From NCBI GenBank assembly GCA_041691135.1, contig JBEPVF010000004.1, forward strand, positions 29,833 through 93,832: a DNA stretch of 64,000 nt, in the 5' to 3' direction. The stretch's first letter is position 1. Each line of letters opens with the position of its first letter. Both the position numbers and the translations under genes were made by a program. This document shows positions 1 through 7,709 of this stretch, piece after piece. Below the pieces are notes generated by a model that was not told where the DNA came from, searched no databases, and saw only the letters and a program-made list of their open reading frames with translations. Source of the stretch: Candidatus Peribacteria bacterium (GTDB lineage: Bacteria; Patescibacteriota; Gracilibacteria; Peribacterales; Peribacteraceae).

Positions 1-166
1 CTCAGATGACCGAAGAGCGATTCGTCAGTTTGGGAAGCCGATAAAGAAAGCGGGATAGACACTGGAATAGGATTATAAGCTAGATTGCGGCTGTAGATAG
101 AAGAAAAGCCCTGCATTCACATGGTTATCGGGCAATACAACGACCAGTCAGCTTCCATCGAACTTA

Positions 167-436
167 TCAGTTCGTACCTCCTTTTGTTTCCACATCTAGT
201 GGGACACCGTGTCTAATTGCCCATTTAAGTATTTTTTCGTAGGTATAGTGTCGCAAAGCAGTATTTTCAACGTAGAGGAGAAGCAAGCTTTCTAGTCTCG
301 CCCTAGTCTGAGGAAAATGCCGCATCAATACATCGACTGCAGTACGAAGATGTAGCTCTTCCAGAGAATTCGGGGAATCGGGAAACATTCCTTCAAGCCG
401 ATTGCGTGGAGCATCAGGAGTCATGCGAGGCGGCAT
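167..436 (-). CDS. hypothetical protein (89 aa)
   Basis: Open frame directly downstream of and co-oriented with the IS200/RAYT-like gene. No recognisable motif. Confidence 0.35.
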   Translation of the reverse strand: MPPRMTPDAPRNRLEGMFPDSPNSLEELHLRTAVDVLMRHFPQTRARLESLLLLYVENTALRHYTYEKILKWAIRHGVPLDVETKGGTN

Positions 437-499
437 CCTAACCCTCGATCAACTGACAAGAAAGCAAAAAGTCTTTCTATGAGGAGACTTCCTGACGCA

Positions 500-988
500 T
501 CAGGCTTTTTCTGTCCGTATAAGGGTGGAACGTCCGTACCACCGCGAACTCCACTGCCATTCCTCCGTTTTTCGGACCAAACCAAACCGCAGGGCCGCAT
601 TTTCGATCCTGGAAGCTATATGCTTCTTATTATCGAGTGTAACCCCCTGCACTTCATATTCTTTCTGCCAGCCACGAAAGAGCCGTTTATCGGTCATCAG
701 GAGACCGGCTACCACCTGCGCATCACGGACACTGGCCACCTGAAACATATCGACAAAGCGCTTCACACCGTCTTTTCCCGGCTCAATAAGGAGTTCCATG
801 CGGTCAGGCAGGATACAAAAGGCGCCAATGTGCGCATCTGTCATATAGCGGGCCATCCACAGGTTATCGATGAGCAGAGGCGGTATGCCCTGCAGTGTGC
901 ACCACGGAATGCCACCTTTCGTCTGCAGTATGCAGTAAAGCCATGTATCAGAAGCCATACAGCCAGAATACGACGCAGCATCCTGCAA
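500..988 (-). CDS. IS200/IS605-family (REP-associated tyrosine transposase-like) protein with degenerate catalytic motifs
   Basis: Family-like layout: AFCILPDRMELLIEP sits where the HUH motif (..MPNHxHLLI..) is expected. The LFRGWQKEY...SRIENAALRFGLV...EEWQWSS tail resembles the LFQGRYK...RYIxxNPV...W.WSS block. No terminal inverted repeats or flanking hairpin family were seen. Confidence 0.6.
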   Translation of the reverse strand: MQDAASYSGCMASDTWLYCILQTKGGIPWCTLQGIPPLLIDNLWMARYMTDAHIGAFCILPDRMELLIEPGKDGVKRFVDMFQVASVRDAQVVAGLLMTDKRLFRGWQKEYEVQGVTLDNKKHIASRIENAALRFGLVRKTEEWQWSSRWYGRSTLIRTEKA

Positions 989-1075
989 GAAATAGATTCC
1001 CTATGCGTCTTCCAGAGCGTCATGTATTTTTGCGCACTCCATAGCGTATGTAGACGTTCTTCCCCCTCGTAGAAC

Positions 1076-1333
1076 ATGCCCCTCTTCGCCCGCATCCGAC
1101 TCTTCTTCCACGCCCTCATCGACCCCCGGACGCCGCGCATCGTCAAGATCCTCTCTGCCATCGCCATCCTCTACGTGCTATCGCCCATCGACTTCGTTCC
1201 CGATTTCATTCCAGTGCTCGGGCAAGCTGACGACATTGTCGTCTTCATCATTCTGATCATGCAGGCATACAGCCGTATCCCCGCCGACGAGGAAGCAGAG
1301 CTGATCAAGCGAAAACCGGTGATTGATGTGTGA
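1076..1333 (+). CDS. DUF1232 (YkvA-like) small membrane protein
   Basis: Signature ILYVLSPIDFVPDFIPVLGQADDIVV with flanking hydrophobic helices. Confidence 0.8.
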   Translation: MPLFARIRLFFHALIDPRTPRIVKILSAIAILYVLSPIDFVPDFIPVLGQADDIVVFIILIMQAYSRIPADEEAELIKRKPVIDV

Positions 1334-1720
1334 TTATTTCAGCTGATCGTAACCGTCAGTTCCGGGCAATCGTTCATAGTCTTTGGCTTTCATCCAATCA
1401 TTGCGAGCAGACATCATTGTAACTTCGTAATATATCAAACGTAGTGATCTATTATGAATAATGGACCGGAGACAATGGAGCATCGCTCCATTGCATTCTT
1501 CGGCTGTCAGAATGGTTACGTCTCGCTCGATAACAGTCTGATAGGCAGTGGCAATGCAGCGTTGCCAATATGGCTCAAAATCTGCGTCCAAAATACCTCC
1601 TATTTTCGTCTGCAGATCATGCTTCAATGCTTGTAATTGATTACTGGGAGCCCACTGATGTAACGGAGTAGTGGAAATAGCCGCTCCTTCAGATAATTTC
1701 TGAAAAGAATTCATCATCAA
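1334..1720 (-). CDS. hypothetical protein (128 aa)
   Basis: Clean ORF filling the gap between convergent and divergent neighbours. No motif recognised. Confidence 0.45.
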   Translation of the reverse strand: MMMNSFQKLSEGAAISTTPLHQWAPSNQLQALKHDLQTKIGGILDADFEPYWQRCIATAYQTVIERDVTILTAEECNGAMLHCLRSIIHNRSLRLIYYEVTMMSARNDWMKAKDYERLPGTDGYDQLK

Positions 1721-1824
1721 CTACTTACTGTACGCTCTTAAATTTTCACTTCAATGGTATAAAACTAAAGCATGGTAAAAGACCTTCTGTAAGCCACAAA
1801 TTAACAAAACGCTATACTGATTCC

Positions 1825-2376
1825 ATGCAAAAACTCTCTCGATTCTTTTATGATCGTGACGCCGAAACGGTGGCACGTGAGCTGCTCGGAAAGTATTTGG
1901 TCCACACTACCAATGGGAAGCGCCGAATGGGAAAAATTGTCGAGACGGAAGCATATCTGGGACCACATGATCTGGCAGCGCACTCGGCAAAAGGCCGAAC
2001 CAAACGAACAGAGGTGATGTTCGGACCGCCCGGCCATGCGTATGTATATCTGATTTACGGCATGCACTGGTGTTTCAATGTCGTTACCGAACAAGAAGGG
2101 GCGGCTTCGGCAGTACTGATCCGTGCGCTTGAACCTGTCGAGGGAATCACAGACCGGACGAATGGCCCGGGACTCCTGTGTCGCGCGATGAACATTACCG
2201 GTGCGCAGAACAGTCACGATCTATTGAACGACACGCTGTACATCGCCGACCCCGACGAAACAGAATCCATCACCATCATTGCCAGACCGCGCATCGGCGT
2301 GGATTATGCAGGTGAATGGGCGAAACGTTTATTGCGATTTTATGTAAAAGGAAATCGGTACGTATCTCGTTCGTAA
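1825..2376 (+). CDS. mpg: DNA-3-methyladenine glycosylase (AAG/Mpg family)
   Basis: FYDRDAETVARELLGKYLV, IVETEAYLGPHDLAAHS, GHAYVYLIYGMHWCFNVV and IGVDYAGEW match the Mpg family along its whole length. Confidence 0.9.
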   Translation: MQKLSRFFYDRDAETVARELLGKYLVHTTNGKRRMGKIVETEAYLGPHDLAAHSAKGRTKRTEVMFGPPGHAYVYLIYGMHWCFNVVTEQEGAASAVLIRALEPVEGITDRTNGPGLLCRAMNITGAQNSHDLLNDTLYIADPDETESITIIARPRIGVDYAGEWAKRLLRFYVKGNRYVSRS

Positions 2377-2397
2377 AGACGCCATACTAGGCATCCT

Positions 2398-3225
2398 TTA
2401 TTTCAATTCGTAGGTGATCGACACCTGTACCGTCACATCCTGCTGTCCTGACGGAACATCAATCGACCCGCCGCCTCCCATGCCCGATGCCATGTCTTTG
2501 GCATACATCATCGGTACAGGCGGCATCACCGCCGATCCTTCGTTGAACGAACGGACTTTGCCCAGCGACATCCCCAGTTGTTTGGCCAATGTCTGAGCCT
2601 TCTCTTTTGCCTGTTCGATGGCTTGCTCGCGTGCCTGAGCGCGAAGTGACTCAGGTTGGTCGATGGTGAAATCCACGCCACCCGCCTGATTGGCGCCGGC
2701 ATTGGTTGCCGCCGATAAGATCGTGCCAACTTTGTCCAGATCGTGCACTTTGACCATCAATGACTGTGTCGCTTCGTAGCCACGCAGTGTCTGATTGCCG
2801 TTGCTCCAATCGTACTGTGGACTCAGCGAGAGCTGCTGCGTCGTGATGTCTTTGACATCGATACCAAGTTTTTTCACGGCATCGAGTACGGCATTCATCT
2901 CGGTTGTCAGTTTCTGCATCGCATCTTTGGCCGCCTTCTGCGGGCCGGTCGTGACGCCGAAATTGAGCGTCGCAATCGTCGGTGCACCCTGCACTTTCCC
3001 TTCACCGGTCACTATGATCATTGCCGGATCCTGGTAGCGCGCTTCCATATTTTTTCCCTGCAGATAGAAAAGTCCGCCAATAAAAACTACAATGATGGGA
3101 AGCCAAACGGGTGGACGGATGAAGAGTGTGCGATCGTCAGTCATAGTGATGTCAGTGTACTGCCCTCTGGTCCCGAGACGAGCAATCTTGCTTGCCACGA
3201 CCGACGAATACGATGGATTTGTCAC
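2398..3225 (-). CDS. SIMPL / DUF541 domain protein with N-terminal membrane anchor
   Basis: TM helix (WLPIIVVFIGGLFYL) followed by a typical SIMPL pattern (VTGEGKV...ATLNFGVTT..., QLSLSPQYDW, GYEATQSLMVKV, VSITYEL). Confidence 0.8.
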   Translation of the reverse strand: MTNPSYSSVVASKIARLGTRGQYTDITMTDDRTLFIRPPVWLPIIVVFIGGLFYLQGKNMEARYQDPAMIIVTGEGKVQGAPTIATLNFGVTTGPQKAAKDAMQKLTTEMNAVLDAVKKLGIDVKDITTQQLSLSPQYDWSNGNQTLRGYEATQSLMVKVHDLDKVGTILSAATNAGANQAGGVDFTIDQPESLRAQAREQAIEQAKEKAQTLAKQLGMSLGKVRSFNEGSAVMPPVPMMYAKDMASGMGGGGSIDVPSGQQDVTVQVSITYELK

Positions 3226-4008
3226 TCAAACACTCTCCGTCGAGGCTGTTTCCTTCACGCCGTACTTGGCATAGCCTTCGCGCTCCAACCGGTGCGCCAG
3301 ATCCGCTCCGCCGCTCTCCACGATCTTCCCATTCACCATCACATGAATACGATCGGGATTGATGTACCCCAAAATCCGCGCGTAGTGCGTGACGATGATG
3401 GCTGAAAAATCCGGCGACCGCATGCGGTTTACTCCTTCGGACACAATTTTAAGCGCATCGATATCCAGACCCGAATCCGTTTCGTCGAGCAGAGCCAAAC
3501 GCGGCTTAAGTATGGAGAGTTGCAGTACTTCGGCTTTCTTTTTTTCGCCGCCCGAAAATCCCTGATTGAGCGAGCGATCGGCAAACGACGGATCCATCGA
3601 CAGCTCTTTCATTTTTTCTTCCAGGAATTTTTTGAACTTGATGGGCGAAATTTTCTTCTGACTCGGATCGCGAACACCCATCTGCGCGTTGTACGCGGCG
3701 AACAAAAAACTGCGCAGGCTGACGCCGGCAATTTCTTTGGGATACTGGAACGCCAGAAACAGTCCGAGCCCGGCCCTCTCCCACGGTTCTTTATCGAGCA
3801 GTTCCTCTCCGGCCAATTGAGCGCTGCCGCCTTCGACGGTGTACTTCGGATGTCCCATCAGCGTATTCACGAGGGTGGATTTTCCCGACCCATTTGGCCC
3901 CATGATGGCATGTATTTCGCCCGTTCCGACCTCCAAATCAAGCCCGTGCACGACTTCCGTGCCTTCGACGGCAATTCGTAGATTATGAATGGTAAGGAGT
4001 GAGGACAC
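3226..4008 (-). CDS. sufC: Fe-S cluster assembly ATPase SufC
   Basis: LLTIHNLRIAVEG..., Walker A GPNGSGKST, LNQGFSGGEKKK signature and Walker B LALLDETDSGLD match SufC. A GTG at 4008 gives the canonical SufC N-terminus. The track ORF extends to another GTG at 4074, with 22 extra non-homologous residues. Confidence 0.85.
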   Translation of the reverse strand: MSSLLTIHNLRIAVEGTEVVHGLDLEVGTGEIHAIMGPNGSGKSTLVNTLMGHPKYTVEGGSAQLAGEELLDKEPWERAGLGLFLAFQYPKEIAGVSLRSFLFAAYNAQMGVRDPSQKKISPIKFKKFLEEKMKELSMDPSFADRSLNQGFSGGEKKKAEVLQLSILKPRLALLDETDSGLDIDALKIVSEGVNRMRSPDFSAIIVTHYARILGYINPDRIHVMVNGKIVESGGADLAHRLEREGYAKYGVKETASTESV

Positions 4009-4076
4009 AGGGAAAACGTAGAATGTACAATGAAATAAAATTGTACATTGTACATCGTCGATTGTACATTTCACCC
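4009..4076. promoter_or_regulatory. Divergent sufC / ferredoxin control region with four TGTACA palindromes
   Basis: TGTACA occurs at 4024-4029, 4042-4047, 4049-4054 and 4063-4068. ATTGTACAT occurs three times. This is the whole 68-nt spacer between the two divergent starts. Confidence 0.5.
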
Positions 4077-4361
4077 GTGCCCAGCGTCACTTTTCACTAT
4101 GGCGATCAGATCAAAGTCTTCGAAGCCGAGGACGGTCAGACCATTTTGCAGATCGCGCTGGATAACGATATCCCCATGGAACACGCCTGTGGCGGCAACG
4201 GCTTCTGTACCACCTGCATGTGCAAGATAAAAAACGGCATGGAAAACCTGAGCCCGCGCAACGACCGCGAAGAGAACATGGGCGTAATGGAAGATCCGGA
4301 CCGCCTGAGTTGTCAGTCGCAAATCAGCGGCGATGTGACAGTGGAAGTTATAGAGTATTAA
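4077..4361 (+). CDS. 2Fe-2S ferredoxin (adrenodoxin/plant-type fold)
   Basis: Cys ligand pattern CGGNGFCTTCMC...SCQ (C-x5-C-x2-C...C). A GTG at 4077 gives (M)PSVTFHYGDQ..., typical of short ferredoxins. The upstream ORF extension has no homology. Confidence 0.8.
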   Translation: MPSVTFHYGDQIKVFEAEDGQTILQIALDNDIPMEHACGGNGFCTTCMCKIKNGMENLSPRNDREENMGVMEDPDRLSCQSQISGDVTVEVIEY

Positions 4362-4363
4362 GT

Positions 4364-4786
4364 ATGTCAGAAGGCCCCGCTGATTGCCCATCGAGGAGGG
4401 GCGCAATCAAAACTATTGCAGCCTTGTTTGCAGGCGCGAAGATCTTTCCGGCGTCATCTCAGTCACACCGTTGCAACAGCGATGACGTTCGTTTTCGAGT
4501 AGCGCAGGAGATTGCCAAGTTATCTCATGCCAAATTGGCACAAATGCGCTTAATTGAAGGAGAAGGCAAAACCCTTGTAAAGAACCCACTGTTCGAACGA
4601 TACGTTCAACAGGCAGGCATCGATGACACAGTGGAAGTATTGGAAGGTTTTGACGAGGAAACATTGGACATGCCATTACATCAGAGTGTTCAAAGGGCCG
4701 TGCAAATAATGCAACGCCATCACACGTATTGTGTCACAGCCATATTCAATGCTTATCTGCGGGATGAAGACGGATTTCTTGACTGA
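4364..4786 (+). CDS. hypothetical protein with twin-arginine-like signal peptide (140 aa)
   Basis: ATG lies 2 nt after the ferredoxin stop. The N-terminus SRRGAIKTIAALFAGAKIF resembles an S-R-R-x-F-L-K Tat motif plus h-region. Confidence 0.5.
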   Translation: MSEGPADCPSRRGAIKTIAALFAGAKIFPASSQSHRCNSDDVRFRVAQEIAKLSHAKLAQMRLIEGEGKTLVKNPLFERYVQQAGIDDTVEVLEGFDEETLDMPLHQSVQRAVQIMQRHHTYCVTAIFNAYLRDEDGFLD

Positions 4787-4944
4787 CATCTGGATCAGAA
4801 TACTGTGATCGCATAGGAATACTTGTCACCCGCACCTGCCGCCCCACGATCTGCTGCTGTCAGCAGGGCTGCTGTTGTAGGTAAAAACGATTACATTTCC
4901 TACCAGCCGCCCATGATGAAGCGGTTTTTTATCTGTATTCACGC

Positions 4945-5295
4945 ATGCCTATGACCAATCAACTCTCCACTGCCATCGAAACATTTTTGGAAAGGCATCA
5001 GTCGGATCTTCTGGCGCAAACACAGCGGGACGGCTTACTGGATGAAGTTGCCCATCTGCACGAACAACCGGATAGGAAATCGAAGGTCAGTGGTGCCGAA
5101 CTAGTGGCTATCTGCACACAATTCTCCGGCGTGCTCTACGGACTGCTGCGCAGGCAAGGAGTGAACGGCGAAGCGGAAAAAACAACGATCGCCTTTCGGC
5201 AACAGTTGCTCAACCATCTGCGACACACCCTTATACCCGTGCCAAGTTCAGCAACTTCGCCTTCACCTCTTCATCATACGGCTCTAGACGATTGA
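4945..5295 (+). CDS. hypothetical protein (116 aa)
   Basis: ORF only. Its 3' end overlaps the convergent TPR gene by 65 nt, so the end or the gene itself is doubtful. Confidence 0.3.
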   Translation: MPMTNQLSTAIETFLERHQSDLLAQTQRDGLLDEVAHLHEQPDRKSKVSGAELVAICTQFSGVLYGLLRRQGVNGEAEKTTIAFRQQLLNHLRHTLIPVPSSATSPSPLHHTALDD

Positions 5296-6085
5296 TGCGG
5301 CGATAGACTCCTTCGGCCTTATCGGCATGACCCAATTGCAGATAACACTCGGCAAGCAGGTGAAGCAATTCCGTCGAACGTGACAGGCGGGCACATGCTT
5401 TTTCGAGCAATGGTGCGGCTTCCTCGAAGCGGTGTGCAGCAATACATGCGCGACCAAGAGCCGCCGAGCGTTCGGGCGACTGTGAATCACGATTGAGTGC
5501 TTCCTGATATGCCTGGCATGCCTCGATGTATTTCTCCTGACGGTAGTAGGCCAAACCGAGGTTGGCATGGAACGATACGTCATCGCGATGCTGCAAGAGT
5601 TCCTTGTACATCGCTTCGGCTTTATTTTCGCGACCCGTCGTCAGATAGAGTTTTGCCAGTTGCGCCTGCACATCCCACGCTTGCGGCTGAATGGTGAGCG
5701 CCTGGATGAACAAACGTTCGGCTTCTTCGGATTTGCTCTGCACGAGTGACTTTTCGGCGCTGCGCACGAGCGTCCTTACCTCCTGAAGTTCAATGGCGGA
5801 GAGGCGTGGGCTTTTGCGCGGACGTGAGAGCTTGGTTTCTTCGACCAGCAAGGCGCCACGGTCTTCGACAAACTGAAATCGCTGCTTCACGCTGCGCACG
5901 AAGCGACGGATCCCGCGATTGCGAAGCAGCACACGTGCCCCGAACAGGAAGCAAATGCCGAAAAGCGAGCCGGTAAGAACGAGGAGATACAGCAAGATCT
6001 GTGCCGGAAAACACCGGCATGAAAGGCTAGCACGGCGGGGTAGGAGCGGCAAGCAAACAGCCAATATATGCGCAAAAGAACGCAT
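5231..6085 (-). CDS. membrane-anchored tetratricopeptide (TPR) repeat protein
   Basis: N-terminal TM helix (ILLYLLVLTGSLFGICFLFGA) followed by several 34-residue TPR-like units (AEAMYKELL..., ANLGLAYYRQEKYIEACQAYQEAL, LAECYLQLGHADKAEGVYRR). Confidence 0.75.
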   Translation of the reverse strand: MRSFAHILAVCLPLLPRRASLSCRCFPAQILLYLLVLTGSLFGICFLFGARVLLRNRGIRRFVRSVKQRFQFVEDRGALLVEETKLSRPRKSPRLSAIELQEVRTLVRSAEKSLVQSKSEEAERLFIQALTIQPQAWDVQAQLAKLYLTTGRENKAEAMYKELLQHRDDVSFHANLGLAYYRQEKYIEACQAYQEALNRDSQSPERSAALGRACIAAHRFEEAAPLLEKACARLSRSTELLHLLAECYLQLGHADKAEGVYRRINRLEPYDEEVKAKLLNLARV

Positions 6086-6128
6086 AAGGAAAGAAATTGA
6101 CGCAACTGCCTATTATTTATCTAATCCG

Positions 6129-7136
6129 CTACTTCTCCCCTATTCCCAATACAAACCGCTGCAAAAGAAGCGGCCGCGATGCATTCGACTCCAATCCACG
6201 CAGCAAAACCGCCAATTGCGCTGCATGACGCGGCGATGCAGAAGCGATGTCTCCTTTGAGTGACAAAGATAAATGGAACAACAGGCGTTCGCCCGGCTCA
6301 CCGCGCTTTTCCAGTGGAGCCAACAGTCGCAAGCGTTCGCCGAGTCCTTTACTCTGCCAAAAAGAAACTGCGTGAGCATGCAACGTTTTTTCGGCACGCA
6401 ATACATCTGGATCATCTACTAACCGTCGCGCGACGCCCGGTGCACCCTGGGCGACCATGCGCACAAACCCTGCATCTTCTTCGGGCAGATCCACGAGCAA
6501 TGTCTCAAGTTCACTTGCCGGCAAGCGTTGAAAGGCCAGCACGCGCGCACGCGACACCAGTGTCGGCAACAGCACCGTGGATGATTGCGTAGTAAGGAGA
6601 AAGACCACGCCCGGCGGCGGCTCTTCGACGATTTTCAGGAGCGCATTCACGGCTTCATCCTGCATGCGTTCGACCGATCGGATCAGACAACAGCGATATT
6701 TGCTCATTCCGGTTTCGTAGAGCCGCTCTTGAATTGCGCGCACATCATCGATCGAAATCGTATCCGTTTTTGCCTTGGCCTTGACCCGGTGATTCTGCGG
6801 CACATTGGAATAACGGGACAGCACCTGCCAATCATCCATCGTGTCCTCCATCCATAACCGGTCCAACACCAACAGATCCGGATGGATGAGCTTGCGAACT
6901 TCTTCCTCCACTCGCGTCCGTTCTGTGTCGCCATCGGTACCTGCCAGCGACAGTTGTGTCGCAAACCATTTTGCTACCGTAAATTTGCCAACGTGAGGCG
7001 GCCCCGTAAACAGATAGGCATGAGCGACATTCTCCGTCGCCAGATCATGGGCCAGCAATTCGCGCTGCCGTTCGTGGCCGACGATGATAGGAGGCTTCAC
7101 AACTGGAGTATACTGCCTCGCTGTGATGCAGCACAT
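6129..7136 (-). CDS. holB: DNA polymerase III delta-prime subunit (clamp-loader AAA+)
   Basis: IVGHERQRELL..., AHAYLFTGPPHVGKFTVA (P-loop), LKIVEEPP and TLVSRARV (SRC-like) are typical of HolB. The ATG at 7136 is preceded by GGAG. The track ORF starts at a TTG at 7163. Confidence 0.8.
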   Translation of the reverse strand: MCCITARQYTPVVKPPIIVGHERQRELLAHDLATENVAHAYLFTGPPHVGKFTVAKWFATQLSLAGTDGDTERTRVEEEVRKLIHPDLLVLDRLWMEDTMDDWQVLSRYSNVPQNHRVKAKAKTDTISIDDVRAIQERLYETGMSKYRCCLIRSVERMQDEAVNALLKIVEEPPPGVVFLLTTQSSTVLLPTLVSRARVLAFQRLPASELETLLVDLPEEDAGFVRMVAQGAPGVARRLVDDPDVLRAEKTLHAHAVSFWQSKGLGERLRLLAPLEKRGEPGERLLFHLSLSLKGDIASASPRHAAQLAVLLRGLESNASRPLLLQRFVLGIGEK

Positions 7137-7430
7137 CACTCCACAGGCCAATCCATCGGGCAAAATAGTCGGCCATATCCCCCTATGGCGTGCCGCTTTC
7201 CGCTGTCTCTGCGTCTGCGCGGTAGAGCTGCTCCTCTATGGACTCATTGCCGGACTCGGCGTCGTCTTTCTGACTCGAGTGTCACTGTGATCTGCCTGCC
7301 TCACAGTCGTTCCCTCGTCCTGCTGCTCGCGGGTGGCTGCGCCGGGCAGAATGCCAATACATCTGATCCGCCGATTATTGACTTCTCTTCTGAGATGAAC
7401 AAATAATGCCCTCACTTTCGCCCTAGTCTA

Positions 7431-7682
7431 ATGTCTGAAATTTGGGAAAAAATCGAACAAGAATCATGGGAGGGTGAACCATTGAGCAATCGAATTGAGC
7501 GCACGTTCGAAGCATTGCGTCCGATTTTGATACAAATCGTTGATGAACGTGACTATCGAAGTTGGCAAATGACACCGAATCAGACAATGAGAGGCATGAC
7601 TCCGACCGAAGTTATTGCCTCGAATCAACTAGATATAATCAGAGAAGTGATTGAACGATTGTACAGAGGAGAGTTCTCATAA
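7431..7682 (+). CDS. small protein resembling the DUF2384 (Xre/ParS/MbcA antitoxin C-terminal) domain
   Basis: WQMTPNQTMRGMTPTEVIASNQLDIIREVIERLYRGEF resembles the W..pn..LgG.tP.e.......v...L.r...G pattern. No HTH domain and no adjacent RES or toxin gene. Confidence 0.5.
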   Translation: MSEIWEKIEQESWEGEPLSNRIERTFEALRPILIQIVDERDYRSWQMTPNQTMRGMTPTEVIASNQLDIIREVIERLYRGEFS

Positions 7683-7709
7683 GGTCGTTCTCGAAATTCA
7701 AACGAGCAT

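Noticed and set aside
3999-4076. Long N-terminal extensions of sufC (to 4074) and of the ferredoxin (from 3999) that overlap each other
   Set aside because: The extensions overlap on opposite strands and add residues with no homology. GTG starts at 4008 and 4077 give canonical N-termini.
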